Source of the DNA: Hypanus sabinus
Lineage: Eukaryota
DNA: 64,000 nt
Assembly (NCBI RefSeq): GCF_030144855.1
Contig: NC_082715.1
Coordinates: 117,614,001 to 117,678,000, forward strand
Reading direction: 5' to 3'
Shown: positions 13,968-27,449 of the stretch, piece after piece
Position numbering within the stretch: the first letter of the stretch is position 1
Layout of the letters: each line of letters starts with the position of its first letter
Translations under genes and position numbers: made by a program
Notes under the pieces: model-generated
Told to the model about the DNA's origin: nothing
Database searches by the model: none
What the model saw: the letters and a program-made list of their open reading frames with translations, nothing else

Positions 13968-14519
13968 CTGGAACATAAAGAGGACAGAAAGAGTTACACA
14001 GAGTCTCAGCATCTTGGGCTCTGCTCCGATTACTGTTTAATGCACTCAGTTACTCTCTGAACCTTCAGGTGGATCTGCTGTTCAAGCAGTGAGGTCAAAC
14101 CTATTTATATTGTGTAATGAAGGTGGTTTTGAATATAGACACTCAGGAATGACATCACCTTATGTATTATGCAACACTTGTGCCAAGACAACGTTGTGTC
14201 CTGCACTCATTAATTCTTCCAACTCTGGGGAACGCTGAGTTACCACAGGAGATATTTAAACGGACTGGTTTATTAAACATCATTGACTGGTGAGATCTGC
14301 AGAAGATGGAATTAGCAGGAAGGAGGTCATTAATGGAAATGGTTTATGACTGGTCCCAATCTAAATATTTTCTTGCAGGCATTCACAGTAGAACAAAGAA
14401 ATACAACAGAATCAATGAAAAACTGCACACACGGACTGACGAATAATTAACTTGCAAAAGCAAATGAACTGTGCAAATAAAAATAAATAATTAAGTAAAT
14501 GATACTGAGAACATGAACT

Positions 14520-15140
14520 CCTCTATCCCTATCAAAAAGGTGCAACAGCGCCTTTAATTGTTGTGGAGCATCAAGAAAGCTCACCTCAGTCCCGCGACAC
14601 TGACGGACATTTACTGCTGTACCATTGAGAGCATACTCAGCAGCTGCATCTCAGTGTGGTATGGCAATTGTCCCTTATCGGACCGCAAAGCACTCCAGCC
14701 TGTGGTGAAAACTACCCAGCGGATTATCGGCACCCAATTGCCCACCATTGAGAAAACCTACTATAAGCACTGCCTAGGCAGGGTGAAAAGCATTATCAAG
14801 GATGCATCTCACCCTAACATGGATTTTTTACTCTTCCTCCCCCCCCCCCCCCACCCGGTAGGCACTACAGGAGCCTCTGCTCCCGCACCAGCAGGCACAG
14901 GAAGAGCTTCTTCCCTGAGACTGACCCTGCTGAACCTCACATCACAGCACTTAGCTGTATTGCACCCATATTGTAATATCTCAGTACTTTTATATTTGTG
15001 TGCTGTAGCACTTACTTTTTATTTGCAGTTATTTTTAAATAACAGTATTCTTTGCATCTCTGCTTTGATTCTAACTGCAATTCGTTGGCTTTGTATCTGT
15101 ACTCGGCACAATGACAATAAAGTTGAATCTAATCTAATCT
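14520..15140 (+). mobile_element. Rex1/Babar-like LINE 3' end
   Basis: YCCTIESILSSCISVWYGNC, HP motif, AATAAA and (AATCT)n tail. Confidence 0.85.
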
Positions 15141-15144
15141 ATAG

Positions 15145-15770
15145 AGTCCTTGAAAATGAGTTTGTGTAATCATTTCTGTGTTGAGTGAAGTTGTTCCTGC
15201 TGGTTTAGGAGTCTGATAGTTCAAGGATGATAACTGTTCCTGAACCTGGTACGTGTAGGACCTAAGGCTCCTGCACTTCCTTTCTTATGGCAGCAGCAAG
15301 AAGAAAACATGGCCTGGATGGTGGGGTCATCGATAATGGAAGCTGCTTTCTTGTGGCAGTGCTCCTTATAAATGTGCTCAATGATGAAGGGTTTTGCTTC
15401 TGATGATCGGTGCTGTATCCACCACTTTGTGTAGGCTTTTCCATTCTTGGTCATTGGTGTTTCCATACCTGCCCTTGATGTTCACAGTAAGATTACACTC
15501 CCATTGGGCAACTATAGAAGCTTGCCAAGGTTTTAGGTGACATGCTGAATCTGTGAAAACTTCAAAGTAACTAGAGGCACTGCTGCACTTTCTTTGTAAA
15601 GGTATTAATGTGCTGGTCCCAGGACAGATCCTCTGAAATGATGACGCCAAGGAATTTATACTTACTAACCTTCTCCACCTCTGATCCCCCAATGAGGACT
15701 GGCTCATAGATCTGTTTTCTTCCTCCAGCAGTCAATAATCAGCTTTTTGCTTTGCTGATGTTGAGTGTGA
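15145..15770 (-). mobile_element. Rex1/Babar-like LINE fragment (likely continuous with 14370-14518)
   Basis: Same C-terminal motifs on the minus strand. Further copies at 4745-5460 (-), 7680-8080 (+), 18000-18860 (+), 26630-27440 (-). Confidence 0.78.
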
Positions 15771-16019
15771 GTGTAATTCATTGCACTTCAGGAGGTCAGT
15801 TGTTGGAGGAACGTATAGTAAGAATAGTATAAAGGAAAGTGTAGGAGATAGAGCAATGTCAGTCATCCCATCATGGTCTGTCATGAATATTAATCATGAA
15901 ATTGAAGTTAGCAGATATACATACTCATTATGGATCAGGATTGGATTTACAGCTGTGTAAATGGCAAAAAGAAGCAAGTGATCAAGAAGAAGGTGGTGCA
16001 TAAAAGAGGAGTATAAGAA

Positions 16020-17270
16020 ATGCAAGAGAAGACTTAAAAAAAATTAGAAAGGCTTAAAAAGGGCATGAGGCTACTCCGGCTGACAAGATAAAGGAAAATC
16101 CCAAGGGTTACAAAGATATAGCAGGAACAAATAGGTAGCAAGGGACAAAATTGGTCCTCTTGAAGATCAGAATGGTCACCTATGCATGAAGCCAAATGAG
16201 ATTGAGGGGATCTCAAATGGATTTTTTTGTATCTGTATTCACTTGAGGGACAAACATAGGCTGAAGAAGTGAGGCAAAACAACAGTGAAGTCATGAACTG
16301 TGTATATATCACAGAGGAGGATGTGTTTGCAGTCTTGAGGTAAATTAGGATTGATAAATCCTCAGAGGCTGACAAAGTATTCCCTTGGACCTTGTGGGCG
16401 ACTAGTGCAGAAATTGCAGAGATTCTAGAAGAGGTATTTAAAATACCCTTAACAACAGGTAAAGTGCTTGAGGATTGGAGGATATCTAACATTGCTCCAT
16501 TGTTTAAGGAAGGCTCTAAGAAACAGTCAGGAATTTATCGGCTGGAGAGCCAGACATCAGTAGTGTATAAGTTACAGCACTTGATGGTATTCTAAGGGAT
16601 CGGATATATAAATATTTGAATAAGACTGACTAGGGATAGTTAATAGAGCATTGTGCGTGGTATGTCATGTCTAACTGAGTGTATAGTTTTTCAAGGAAGT
16701 TACAGGAAAGTTGATGAAGACAAAGCAGTGGGTGTTGTGGACTTTGGCAAGGCTTTCGATGAGGTGCCGCAGGGCAGGTTGGTCAAGAAGGTTCAGCTGG
16801 TTGGCATTCAGGATGAGGTAGTAACTTGTATTAAACATTAGCTTTTTGTGAAAAGCCAGAGGGTGGTAGTACACAGTTACTTCTCTGATTGGAGGCCTGT
16901 GATTAGTGGAGTGTCACAGGGGCTGGTGCCTGGTTAATTATTTTGTCATTTAAATCAATGACCTGGATGATAATGTGGTCAACTGGATTAGCAAATTTGT
17001 GGATGACACCAAGACTGGGGGCAGACTGGACAGCGAGGAGGGCTATGAAAACTTGCAGTTTCACCTGGACCATATAGTAAAATGGGCTGAAAAATGGCAG
17101 ATGCAATTTAATGCAGACAACTGTAAGGTGTTGCACTTTGGATGACAAGGGTGCGGAACGCTGTAGTCCAGGTTCAGGTCAATGGGAGTAAGCAGGTTAA
17201 TAGTTTGGCACAGAATAGATGGGCCAAAGGGCCTTTTTCTGTGCTGTCGTATTCTATGACTATGACTATA
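16020..17270 (+). mobile_element. CR1 ORF2 RT fragment with 3' tail
   Basis: EDWRISNIAPLFKEG, DFGKAFD, FVDD; (CTATGA)n tail. Confidence 0.88.
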
Positions 17271-18661
17271 ATGAGATAAAGAGACGGTGTTGGATTTGTA
17301 CTTCAGGATTGAACTGAAATGTGTCAACAGGTGTTTAATTTTTTTCATCCTATTAATGAGAAACCAATGAGGCACGTGTATTGTGTAGAATAACCCGAGC
17401 ATGGGGAAGAAAGTGTGGGAGTTCGGCTGTAAATGGGGAAGGCTTCAGGAGCAGTTAGAGGATGAAAACCAATAATTATAAAACAAATGCAGTTGTTAGT
17501 GAGCAGCACTAATGATCCACAATAAAAATAAAGTGGCTGAAAGAGAAGGGAACAGAATATTCTAAAAGCCATTGGGAAATTGAAATACTGAAACAGCAGT
17601 CTCAGATTCAGAGAGAATACATGTCTTTTTATCTACAAAGGCTCAAAGTGGTGAGGGTCGGGAAGATGGTACACAGAAACTTGCTGGAAGATCTCTAGAC
17701 CTGGTATCAAGCAAATAGCCTCTCCCTCAATGTCCACAAGACAAAGGAGACAGTAACACGCACACAGTGCTGGAGGAACACAGAAGACCAGTCAGTATCT
17801 ATGGACAAGTGTAAAATGAAAAGTCCTTCTTGTCTTTTTCTCACTCCCAATGAAGGGTTTTGGCCCAAAACATCAACTGTTCACTCTTTTCCATAGACGT
17901 TGCCTAGCCTGCTGAGTTCCTGCAACGTTTTGTGTGTGTTACTTGGACTTGCAGCATCTGCAGATTTTCTCATGTTAATACGAAGGAGATGGGTATCAAC
18001 TTCAGAAGAATTTGCATCACTCACACCCCTCTTTACATTAGTTGCACAGCAATGGAAGCTGTAAGCATTTTCAAACTCCTGAGATTGCAAATCTTGCAGA
18101 ACCTCTCATGGTCCTAGAACACATCTGACACAACCAAGAAAGCTCACAGCACCTCTATTTTCTGACTGTGGACATCAAAACTCATGCCCTTCTATAGATG
18201 CTGCATCACTGCATGGTATGGAAGCTGCACTGCAGCAGACAGGAAGCCTCTACAACAGGTAATCAGGACTGCCCAACTCATCATGGCACCAACCTGTCCG
18301 CCATCAAGGACAGTATATACAGTAAGCTGCAGGAAAAAGGCCAGCAATATCATGAAGGATCCTACCCACCCTGCTCTCGGACTGTTTATCCAATTCCCAT
18401 CAGGGACAAGGTTATGTAGCAACCACGCTCGGACCCCAGACTCACAAACAATTACTTTTCCCAAGCAGTAAGATGATGAACACCTCCACCCACCAACCCA
18501 TCACACCACACTCCTCCTCCACTACTACTTCGTCCATTTCTGTTGGATTTACCTAAAGTATGGACCCTCCTCTACATAGCAGCAGTTTAAGTACATTCAT
18601 TCGAATCAGCTATCTAATGTATTTATATTTATTCTTTTTATTACTGTGTTTTTATCTTATT

Positions 18662-18754
18662 ACAAACAGAAAATCTGCAGATGCTAGAAATCCAAGCAAC
18701 ACACACAAAATGTAGGAAGAACTCAGCGGGCCAGGCAGCATGTATGGAAAAAAG
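18662..18754. mobile_element. Penelope terminal-repeat fragment with 11-bp TSD inside a Rex1 3'UTR
   Basis: TSD TTTATCTTATT (18651-18661 / 18755-18765). Related copies at about 3450, 6968, 17760, 24555, 33500, 34195, 41510. Confidence 0.8.
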
Positions 18755-19303
18755 TTTATCTTATTGTTTTTTTTTTGTGTTGCATCAGATCCAGGGTAAT
18801 AATTATTTTGTTCTCCTTTATGCTTTTGTACTGCAAGTGACATTAAACAGCCTTGAATGTAGATTAACCTTAGTTAAGTGAAGCAGCTATTAAGTACAAA
18901 CTGGTTGAGTGTAAAACGAGTCCTCTAGCACCATGGCAATTGGCAACTGGGAAATTAATCATTACTTTGGAATTTGAAATTGGTATTTTGGGCAGTAGAT
19001 TGGAACAATAGAGGAGTAATTTGAAATGTCACTTTTACTAACAATGTTTCTTTTTCCAGAATTTTTTAGGATTTGCTTAAGACTTTTGAGATCCTGAGGT
19101 ATCAGTTGGCCTGATGGTCTCTATGTCTTGAAGTGTTTCGCTATTTTCACTTTCCATATATACTACCTGGACTTCTGAGTGCTTCCAGAACTTAATGTTC
19201 TAATTTCAGATTTCTAACATCTCATTTTTATTTTCATTTATGAGATAAGAGATACCAGAAGGTCCAGTGAGGAGTATGGTGACAGAAGAAAAGGCATGTG
19301 TAC

Positions 19304-19369
19304 CTGTTCAAGTACTTGTTCCAATTGAACAAGTATCAGTGGAATCAGCATATGGAGAGTTAATTTCAT
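19304..19369 (-). CDS. SOUL heme-binding-family gene, putative first coding exon (signal-peptide-like)
   Basis: Minus strand: acceptor tttatttctatccttgtaatAG, 5 nt of UTR, then ATG and MKLTLHMLIPLILVQLEQVLEQ, donor CAG|gtacac. 66 nt, ends in phase 0, matching the next exon. Confidence 0.55.
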
Positions 19370-19414
19370 CAAGACTATTACAAGGATAGAAATAAACAGC
19401 ATTTCTGGGGCATC

Positions 19415-19995
19415 ATACACAAAATGCTGGAAGAACTCAGCAGGACAGGCAGCATCTATGGAAAAGAATAAAAGTTGATATTTCTGCACTGACACCCCTT
19501 ATCAGGACAGGAGAGGAAGGGTGAAGAAGCAGATTAAGAAGCTGAGGGATGGGAAGGAGTACAAGCTAGAAGGTGAAAGGTAAAGCAGGTGGGTGGGGGG
19601 GTGTAAAGTAAGAAGCTGGGAAGTGATAGATGAAGAAAGTTAAGGGCTGGAGAAGAAGGAATCTGATAGGAGAGGAGAGTGAATCATTGGAGAAAGGGAA
19701 GGAGATGGGGGGGGGGGATCCAAGGGAAGGGGATATGCTGATTAGGAAAAGAGAAGAGGCAAGAGCACATCCAGAGTGGGTAAATGAAGAAGGGGGGGAA
19801 GGGGAAAATTACTGGCAGTTGGAGAAATCAATGTTCATACTATTCGGTTGGAAATTGCCCAGGTGGAATATGAGGTGTTGCTCCTCTAACCTGAGAGTGG
19901 CTTCATCATGGCAGTAGAAGAGGCAATGGACCGACATGTTGGATTGTAATTAAAATGGTTGACAACCGGGAAAGTCTGCTTTTTGTTGGTGGAAT
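19415..19995 (-). mobile_element. Penelope-like element 3' end with terminal repeat
   Basis: Same GIY-YIG C-terminal segment as at 56.8 kb, followed by the cacaaaatgctgg...gcagcatctatggaaa terminal repeat. Confidence 0.75.
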
Positions 19996-20190
19996 GAGGA
20001 GGATTTTGTAGAACAGAGTGACTTTGAAGTTCAGGTGCATGATTTCCCAAAAGTGGAGTCACAGGTAGACAGTGTGGTGAAAAAGGCTTTAGGCACGTGC
20101 ATCTTCATAAAACAAACCACTGAGTGTAGAAGTTGGGAGGTTATGTTGCTGTTGTCCAAGATGCCGATAAAGCCACAATAAGAGCATTGT

Positions 20191-20390
20191 CAAACAAGAG
20201 AAAATCTGCAGATGCTGGAAATCCAAGCAACACACACAAAATGCTGGAGGAAGTCAGAAAGCCAGGCAGCATCTATGGAAAAGCATATGAGATCCTGCTG
20301 AAGGTTCTTGGCCCAAAACGTAGGCTGTACACTTTTCCATAGATCCTGCCTGGCCTGCTGAGTTCCTGCAGCATTTTGTGTGTGAGTTGC
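20191..20390. mobile_element. Palindromic Penelope terminal-repeat mini-element with 12-bp TSD
   Basis: TSD TAAGAGCATTGT (20179-20190 / 20391-20402); inverted arms around a degenerate CTGATGA...GAAAC loop. Confidence 0.85.
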
Positions 20391-20539
20391 TAAGAGCATT
20401 GTGTTGAATTTTGTTCACCCTTATTTAAGGAAGATTTTACTAAACTGGAAAAGAGTGCAGAAATGATTTACAAGGATTTTGCTGGGAACTCAAGGAACTG
20501 AGTTATAGGGAGAGTTTGGACAGGCGAAGACATTTTTTC

Positions 20540-21945
20540 CATAAGACCAAAAGACATTAGAGCAGAATTAGACCACTCAGCCCATTGAGTCTGCTCCGCC
20601 ATTCCAACATGGCTGATTCCTAATCCCACTCAACCCCTTACACCTGCCTTCTCACCATATACTTTGATGCCTGCATTCCACAGATATATTACTCTCTGAC
20701 TAAAAAGAATTCCTCCTTACCTCTGTTCTAAAAGGTCAACCCTCAGTTTTTAGGCACACCATAGGAAACATCCTCTCCGCATCCACCCTTGGAGTCCTTT
20801 CAACATTCGGTAGGTTTCAATGAGGTCTCCTCACATTCTTTAACTTTCAGTGAGTACAGGTCCAAAGCTCCAAACACTCCCTATATGTTAACATCTTCAA
20901 TCCTGGAATCATCCTAGTGAACCTCCTCGAGACTCTCTCCAATGACAACACATCTTTTCTCAGATGTAGGCTCCATAACTGTTGACAATACTCCAAGTGC
21001 AGCCTGACCAGTGTCTTATAAAGGCTTAGCATTATCTCCTTTCTTTTATATTCTATTCTCCTTCAAATAAATGCCACCATTGCATTTGCCTTCTTTACCA
21101 CAGACTCAACCTGTAAATTAACCTCTAGGAGCCTTGCACGAGGACTCCCAAGTCCCTCTGCACCTCTGATGTTTGAACCTTCTCCCCATTTAGATAAAAT
21201 TCCACACTATTGTTCTTTTTACCAAAATGCATTCTCATGCATTTCCCAACATTGTATTCCATCAGCCACCTTTTTGCCCATTAGTCCGATTTGTCTAAGT
21301 CCTGCTGCAAACGCATTGCTTCCTCAGCACGACCTACCCCTCCACCTATCTTTGTATCATCCGCAAGCTTTACCACAAAGCTGTCAATTCCATTATCCAA
21401 ATCATTTGCAAATAATTTGAGAAATAGCGGTTGCAATATTGACCCCTGAGGAACACCACTAGCTATTGGTAGCCAACAAGAAAAGGTTCCCTTTATTCCC
21501 ACTTGGTACCTCCTGCCTGTCAGCCATTCCTCTATCTTTGACAGTATCATTCCTATAATACCATGATATTTTATCTTATTAAGTAGCCTCATGTTTGGCA
21601 CTTTATCAATCTCCTTCTACAAATACAAGTAAATGACATCCACTGCCTCTCCTTTGACCACCCTGCTTGCTACTTCATTGAAGAATTCTAACAGATTTCT
21701 TAATCAAGATTTCCCTTCACAGAAACCGTGCTGACTTGGACTTATTTTAACATTAGTCTCCAGGTACCCCAGAACCTCATCCTTAATAATGGACTGCAAA
21801 ACTTTCCCAGCCACTGAAGTTAAGCTAACTAGCCTATGATTTCCTTTCTATTGCCTTCCTCCCTTCTTAAAGAGTGGAGAGATACTTGTAATCTTCCAGT
21901 CTTCTGGGACCATGCCAGAATCAAGTGATTCATGTAAAATCATGA
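20540..21945 (-). mobile_element. CR1 RT to 3'UTR
   Basis: SGVPQGS, LADD, LYKTLVRLHLEYC. Confidence 0.9.
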
Positions 21946-21948
21946 GCC

Positions 21949-24155
21949 TTGGCTGCTGTATTTACCAATAATCAGAGATCCCCTTTCTTCAGGCTTTTTC
22001 AAGGTAATAGACAGGGTTGTCCTTTAAGTCCTTTATTATTTGATATTGCCCTGGAGCCCTTGGCAATTGCTATTCGTGATTCACCTAATATATTTGGCAT
22101 TATTCTTGGGAACGGGACGCATAAAATATCATTATATGCAGATGACCTGTTATTGCATAATTCTAAGCCAGAGAAATCCATTCCTGCAGTAATGACTCTA
22201 CTTGCCCAGTTTAGCAGTTTCTCTGGGTATAAATTGAATCTTGATAAGAGTGTGCTTTTCCCATTAAATATGCAAATCCCTATTTATAGATAATCACCAT
22301 TTAGATTTGCTACTGATTATTTTGCTTATTTGGGGGTTAAAATTACTAAGAAGTATAAGGATATATTTAAAGTTAATTTTTTTCTTTAATTGATCATATT
22401 AAACAACTGTTTACTAAATGGTCCCCACTGTTCTTGTCTTTGATCGGTAGAGTTAATGCTATTAAGATGTTTATTTAACCTAAATATCTGTATCTATTTC
22501 AGGCAGTATGAATTTTAATTCCTAAATCTTTTTTTGATACTATTGATTCTAAAATTTCTTCATATATATGGCAATATAGAAATCCCAGGTTGAGTAAGAA
22601 TTATTGACAGAAATCAAAAACGGAAGGCAGTTTGGCTTTGCCGAATCTTACATTTTATTAATGTGGAATTGATATTTGATATTTAACATTTTGGACAGAA
22701 CAGTTGGATGAATCTCAATTCCCACGATGGATGAACCTTGAGCGGGAATCTGAACCGGGGTATTAATAGGCTTCTATTTTAGGAGCTGTGCTTCCCATTG
22801 TATTTACTAAACCGAATATACAAATGATAAATCCAATAGTTAAACATACAATACGAATATGGTTTCAATTTTGTAAATATCTGGATAGAATAAATTGATC
22901 TTGTCAAGTTCTGTTATATCTAAATTTTTTCCAACCTTCTAGAATTGATCAAGCTTTTTTGCTATACTAGGTTTTCGTGATATATTTATGGATGGTTATT
23001 TTATGTCTTTTGAACAGTTGTCTAATAAATACGATTTGCCAAGATCACAATTTTTCTGATATTTACAGATTAGAAACTTCCTGAAGGCCACTTAACCTAC
23101 CTTTCTGATATCATATCCAATCGAAGTTGCAGAAAAAGTTTTAGGTTCAAACCCCTTTCAGAAGAGTTTAACATCAATTATTTATGATCTGATTATGAAA
23201 ATACATCCAGGTATTTCTGATAAAATTAAGAATGAGTGGGAAAGAGAACTTCAAATATCTTTATCTACAGAGAAATAGGAGAAAATTCTTAAACCAGTGA
23301 ATAATTCTTCAATGTGTGCTAGACATGCTTTGATACAATTTAAGATGGTTCATAGGGCCACCTTATCCAAGGATAAGATAGATCTTTTTTACCGTCATGT
23401 AAACGCTGTTTGTGATAGATGTAATTCTGAAGTAGCTTCTTTGACACATATGTTCTGGTTTTGTCCTCTGTTCAGAAAATTTTGGGAAAACATTATTGAA
23501 AGTATTTCAGTAGATCTGTGTGTTGATTTACAACCTCATCCTATTACTGCAATCTTTGGACTACCAGTGATACAATCTAGTCATTTATCCTCATCAGATT
23601 TTCGTTTAATTGTTTTTGTGACATTAATAGCCAGAAGACCCATTTTATTTAAATGGGAAGATTCCAACCCACTTACCACATTTCAATGGTTTTTCCAAGC
23701 GATAGCATGTCTAAATTTGGAAAAAATTAGGAGCAGTACTATGGACCTTCTGTTAGATTTGAAGAAAGTTGCAAGTCATTTATTCAACATTTTCATATGA
23801 TGTAAGTTGACCTTGCTGTATCCATTTTTCAGTAATTTTTTATGTAGAGGGGAGCGTAGTTAATGACAATTTATAATTTTAACAGACAAAATATGGCAGC
23901 CTAATCATTCTTTGTTTTTTAATGGTTTAGGTTTATTTAGTTTGGGGGGGGGGTTCTTTTTTTTTGCCTTTTTTTCCTTTTACAAAGATCGTTTTCATGG
24001 TCAATTACTAAGATATTGAGAGGTTAGACTCCATTTGTTTCTTGGAATTTGTGTTTTTCCATGTTAACCATTATTAATGTATTCCTGATCTCTATGTATC
24101 AGTATCAATATTGATCTGTTTGTTAATTGGAAAGTTAATAAAAATATTGAAACAG
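21949..24155 (+). mobile_element. L1-clade LINE, RT C-terminal half to 3' end
   Basis: RQGCPLSPLLF, LYADD, CCHC-like CDRC...THMFWFC, AATAAA near 24137. Confidence 0.9.
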
Positions 24156-24619
24156 AAATGTCTAACATCTGCATTTATTTTTATTATCATTTATGAGGTA
24201 AGATATATCAGAAGGTCTAGTGTGCTGATTTGATATTTCAGAAGCCTAACTTGTGGTCTAGAAACTAACCTGTTTTTCCAACATGAATGTAACCAGCACA
24301 CAGAGAGTGAATTCCTCCAAGTCCATCAGAATGATAAAACTAAACGGAATTTCCATAACACGTCAGTTAAGATCTTCATAAATGGGTTACATTTACTTAA
24401 CATGGAGTAGGGTGACATCACCTGTCTGGATTTAAATCTCACTTAAACCTAACAACTTTACACATGCAAGACTTGTCTCTGCCCTGAATATTAACTTCAA
24501 TTGTCTGACCAGATAGAAAGAACAGTCAGGCTCTACAGACAAGACAAACAGGAGTATTGATGAAGAGTCTCAGCCTGAAACACTTTATTCTTTTCCAGAG
24601 ATGCTGCCTATCCTGCTAT

Positions 24620-25275
24620 ACCGCTAATTTTTAATAAACTAAATTTTCCAGAACTACCAGTTGATGAAAGTTTGGTATTAGATGCACCCAATACTGAAGA
24701 GGAAATAAAGAAGGCAATTATTTTGATAAACTCAGGTAAAGCACCTGGTCCAGATGGTTATGTAGTTGATTTTTTTTTAAAACCTTTTCAGATTTACTCT
24801 CTCCCTAGTAATGTAAATTTTTTAAACATGCTTTATTAGTAGGTAAATTACCACAATCCTTTTATGAAGCATCTATTTCCTTAACTCTTAAAAAAGATAA
24901 AGATCCCACTGAATGTACATCATATAGGCCTGTATCATTGTTGAATGTGGATTCTAAAATCTTTTCCAAAATATTAGCAATGAGATTAGAGAAGGTCTGC
25001 CTCAAGTTATTTCTCAGGATCAGATATAGTTTCTTCAAAATTGATATTCACATTTTAACGTTGGGAGGTTAATGAATATTGTATACACTTCTTATAATAC
25101 TTTGGAATGTGTTGTTTTGCTTGACGCCGAGAATGTGTTTGATAGACTTGAATGGGAATATTTATTTAATATATTTAAGAAATTTAATTTTAGGTCAAAG
25201 TTTATATCTTGGATTCAGCGGATATATCACACACCCTTTGTTGCTGTATTTACCAGTAATCAGAGATCCCCTTTT
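24620..25275 (+). mobile_element. L1-clade LINE, RT N-terminal fragment
   Basis: GKAPGPDG, YRPVSLLNVD, LDAENVFD; ends at VAVFTSNQRSPF. Confidence 0.88.
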
Positions 25276-26032
25276 AATATGAAATAGATGCCACAGCCTT
25301 GATGCGAGAGGAGGAAGATTTAAAGTCAAGCATTACTTTTACAAGGAGTGGTATATCTCTGGAACTTGCGACTAGGAGTGGTGGTGGAAGCAGATGTGAT
25401 AACAACCTAACAGAAGCATTTAAACATGACATTGAGAAGATGGAGGAATCTAAGACTATTGTTCCTGCCTCAACCATTTCCTCTGACAGCTTGTTTCAGT
25501 TTCTCAGCACCTTCTGCACAATGGTGCCCCTCAGGTCTCGTCCAAATCATTCCCCTCTCACTCTGAATCTGTGTCTCCAAGATTTAGAACATCAAACAGT
25601 AGAGCACAATACAGGCCATTCAGCCCAAGATGTTATATTGATTTTTTTTATCCCACTGTATAATTAATCTAACCCTTACCTCCTACAGGACCCTTAATTT
25701 TTCAGTCATCCATGTGCCTATTTAAGTATTTATTGATTTCTTTATTCTTTCATCCATTCATTCATTGAATTGCCCATTTATTTATTGATGTATGTATGTA
25801 TGCTACCGCTTTGGTTACTTTCCACACACAAAGCCATGCTGTCTCCTGCTAATCAGACTGCCTGTCCCAATGCTGGTAGATCCTGTACCTCAGAATTCCC
25901 TCCAGTAATTTCTCTATTACTGATGTCAGGCTGACTAGTCTTTAGTTTTGTGGCTTGTCTTTGCTGCTACTCTTTAAAAATTTAATGATATTAGCCACCA
26001 TCCAGTTTCCAGTGGCTAATATTGAAGCAAAT

Positions 26033-26280
26033 ACAGTTCAAGTACCCCTTATCTGAAATTCCAAAACCCGAAAACTTCCGAAATCTGAATTATTTTCTGA
26101 GCACTGACATGATAGCACAAATGGAAAATTGTGTAAGGTGCTGTGAAGATTCCCAGGCAATACACAGGTCACTGCACACCACAGAGAGTTCTGAGAAGTG
26201 ACCTCATGTATGTAATGAATGGAAGTTAACGAAAAATAGTAAATCACTGCATTGTGAAAAATTAAGATCCCAATCATCCC
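26033..26280 (+). mobile_element. Tigger/pogo-like DNA transposon end fragment
   Basis: TA followed by CAGTTCAAGTACCCCTTATCTGAAAT, resembling Tigger-type TIRs. Confidence 0.5.
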
Positions 26281-27449
26281 ATTTTCCCCCTTAAAGTACT
26301 CTTAGTTTTATAGTCAAAGGATACACTCCTCCCTGACATCCTAATCAAAAGTATGCCACCTTTTTCTTAACCAACTCTCTTGTCTCTCAGCCAATGTTCT
26401 CTAAGTCTGCCAGGCTTTCCCTTCATCCTAACATGAACCTGTGCCCCTGGATTCTTGATATCACACTTTGAAAAGCTCCCATTTGCCATTCATTCCTTTC
26501 TCTTCAAACTGGGTCACTGGATTGACATCTGCTAGATCCTGTCTAATTTACCCAAAACCGGCCCAGCCGCAGTTTAGTATCTTAACCTGTGGACCTGTCC
26601 TATCCTTTCTCATCACTATCTGGAAACTAGTTCAAAGTTCCAACTACAAAGTAATTTTATTGTCAAGGTATGTAGGCACATGTCCCCTTGAGATTCATTT
26701 TCTCGCAGCATTTACAGGAAAAAGAAATACGATTAGAACTTATCAAAAATTAGGCATTAGACCAACAAAGAACCAATGTAAAAAAAGACAAACTGTGCAA
26801 TCAAAATATACTGTGAACAAGAATTGTAAAGAGTCCTTAAATATGAACCTGTGTTGTAGAATCAGTTCAATCATGGTGATTGAAGTTATCCACAGACTGA
26901 TGGTTGTAGGGTGATAACTGATTCTGAACCTGATGGTGTGGGACCTAAGGCTTCTGGACCTTAGGTTCAGAAGAGAAGAGGGCATGGCCTGGATGGTGGG
27001 GGTTGGTGGGCCGTTTCTTTGATGATGGATACTGCTTTCTCATGGCGTCACTCCGCATCAAAGTATTTAATGGTGGGGAGGGCTTTGTCTGTGATGGACA
27101 GAGCTGTGCCCACCTTTTCAATTGCTATTTTCATACCGGGTCATGATGCAACCAATTTTCACTCTGCATCTGCAGTTGTTTGTTAAAGATTTTGGTGACG
27201 GGCCAAATCTACACAAACTTCTGAGAAGGTAGCGGCATTTGTCATATCTTTGGTGATAACTCTTACTTGCTAGTCCCAGGTCAGATTCTCTGATATGTTA
27301 ACAAGGAATATAGAAGTACTGACCCTCTGTACCTCTGTTGCCTTAATGGTGACTGGCTCATGGACCTCCAGTTTCTTTCTCCTGTACTCAATAATTACTT
27401 TTTTAGTTTTGCTGATTTTGTGTGAGAGGTTTTTGTTATTGTAATAGAA

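Noticed and set aside
24397-24504. Possible non-coding upstream exon of the SOUL gene
   Set aside because: Plausible AG/GT pair but no independent support without transcript data.
25274-25477. Possible XDH exon 35 (PPPLLVASS)
   Set aside because: Only superficial similarity to GEPPLFLAAS and no downstream AIKDAI or SPATPE motifs.
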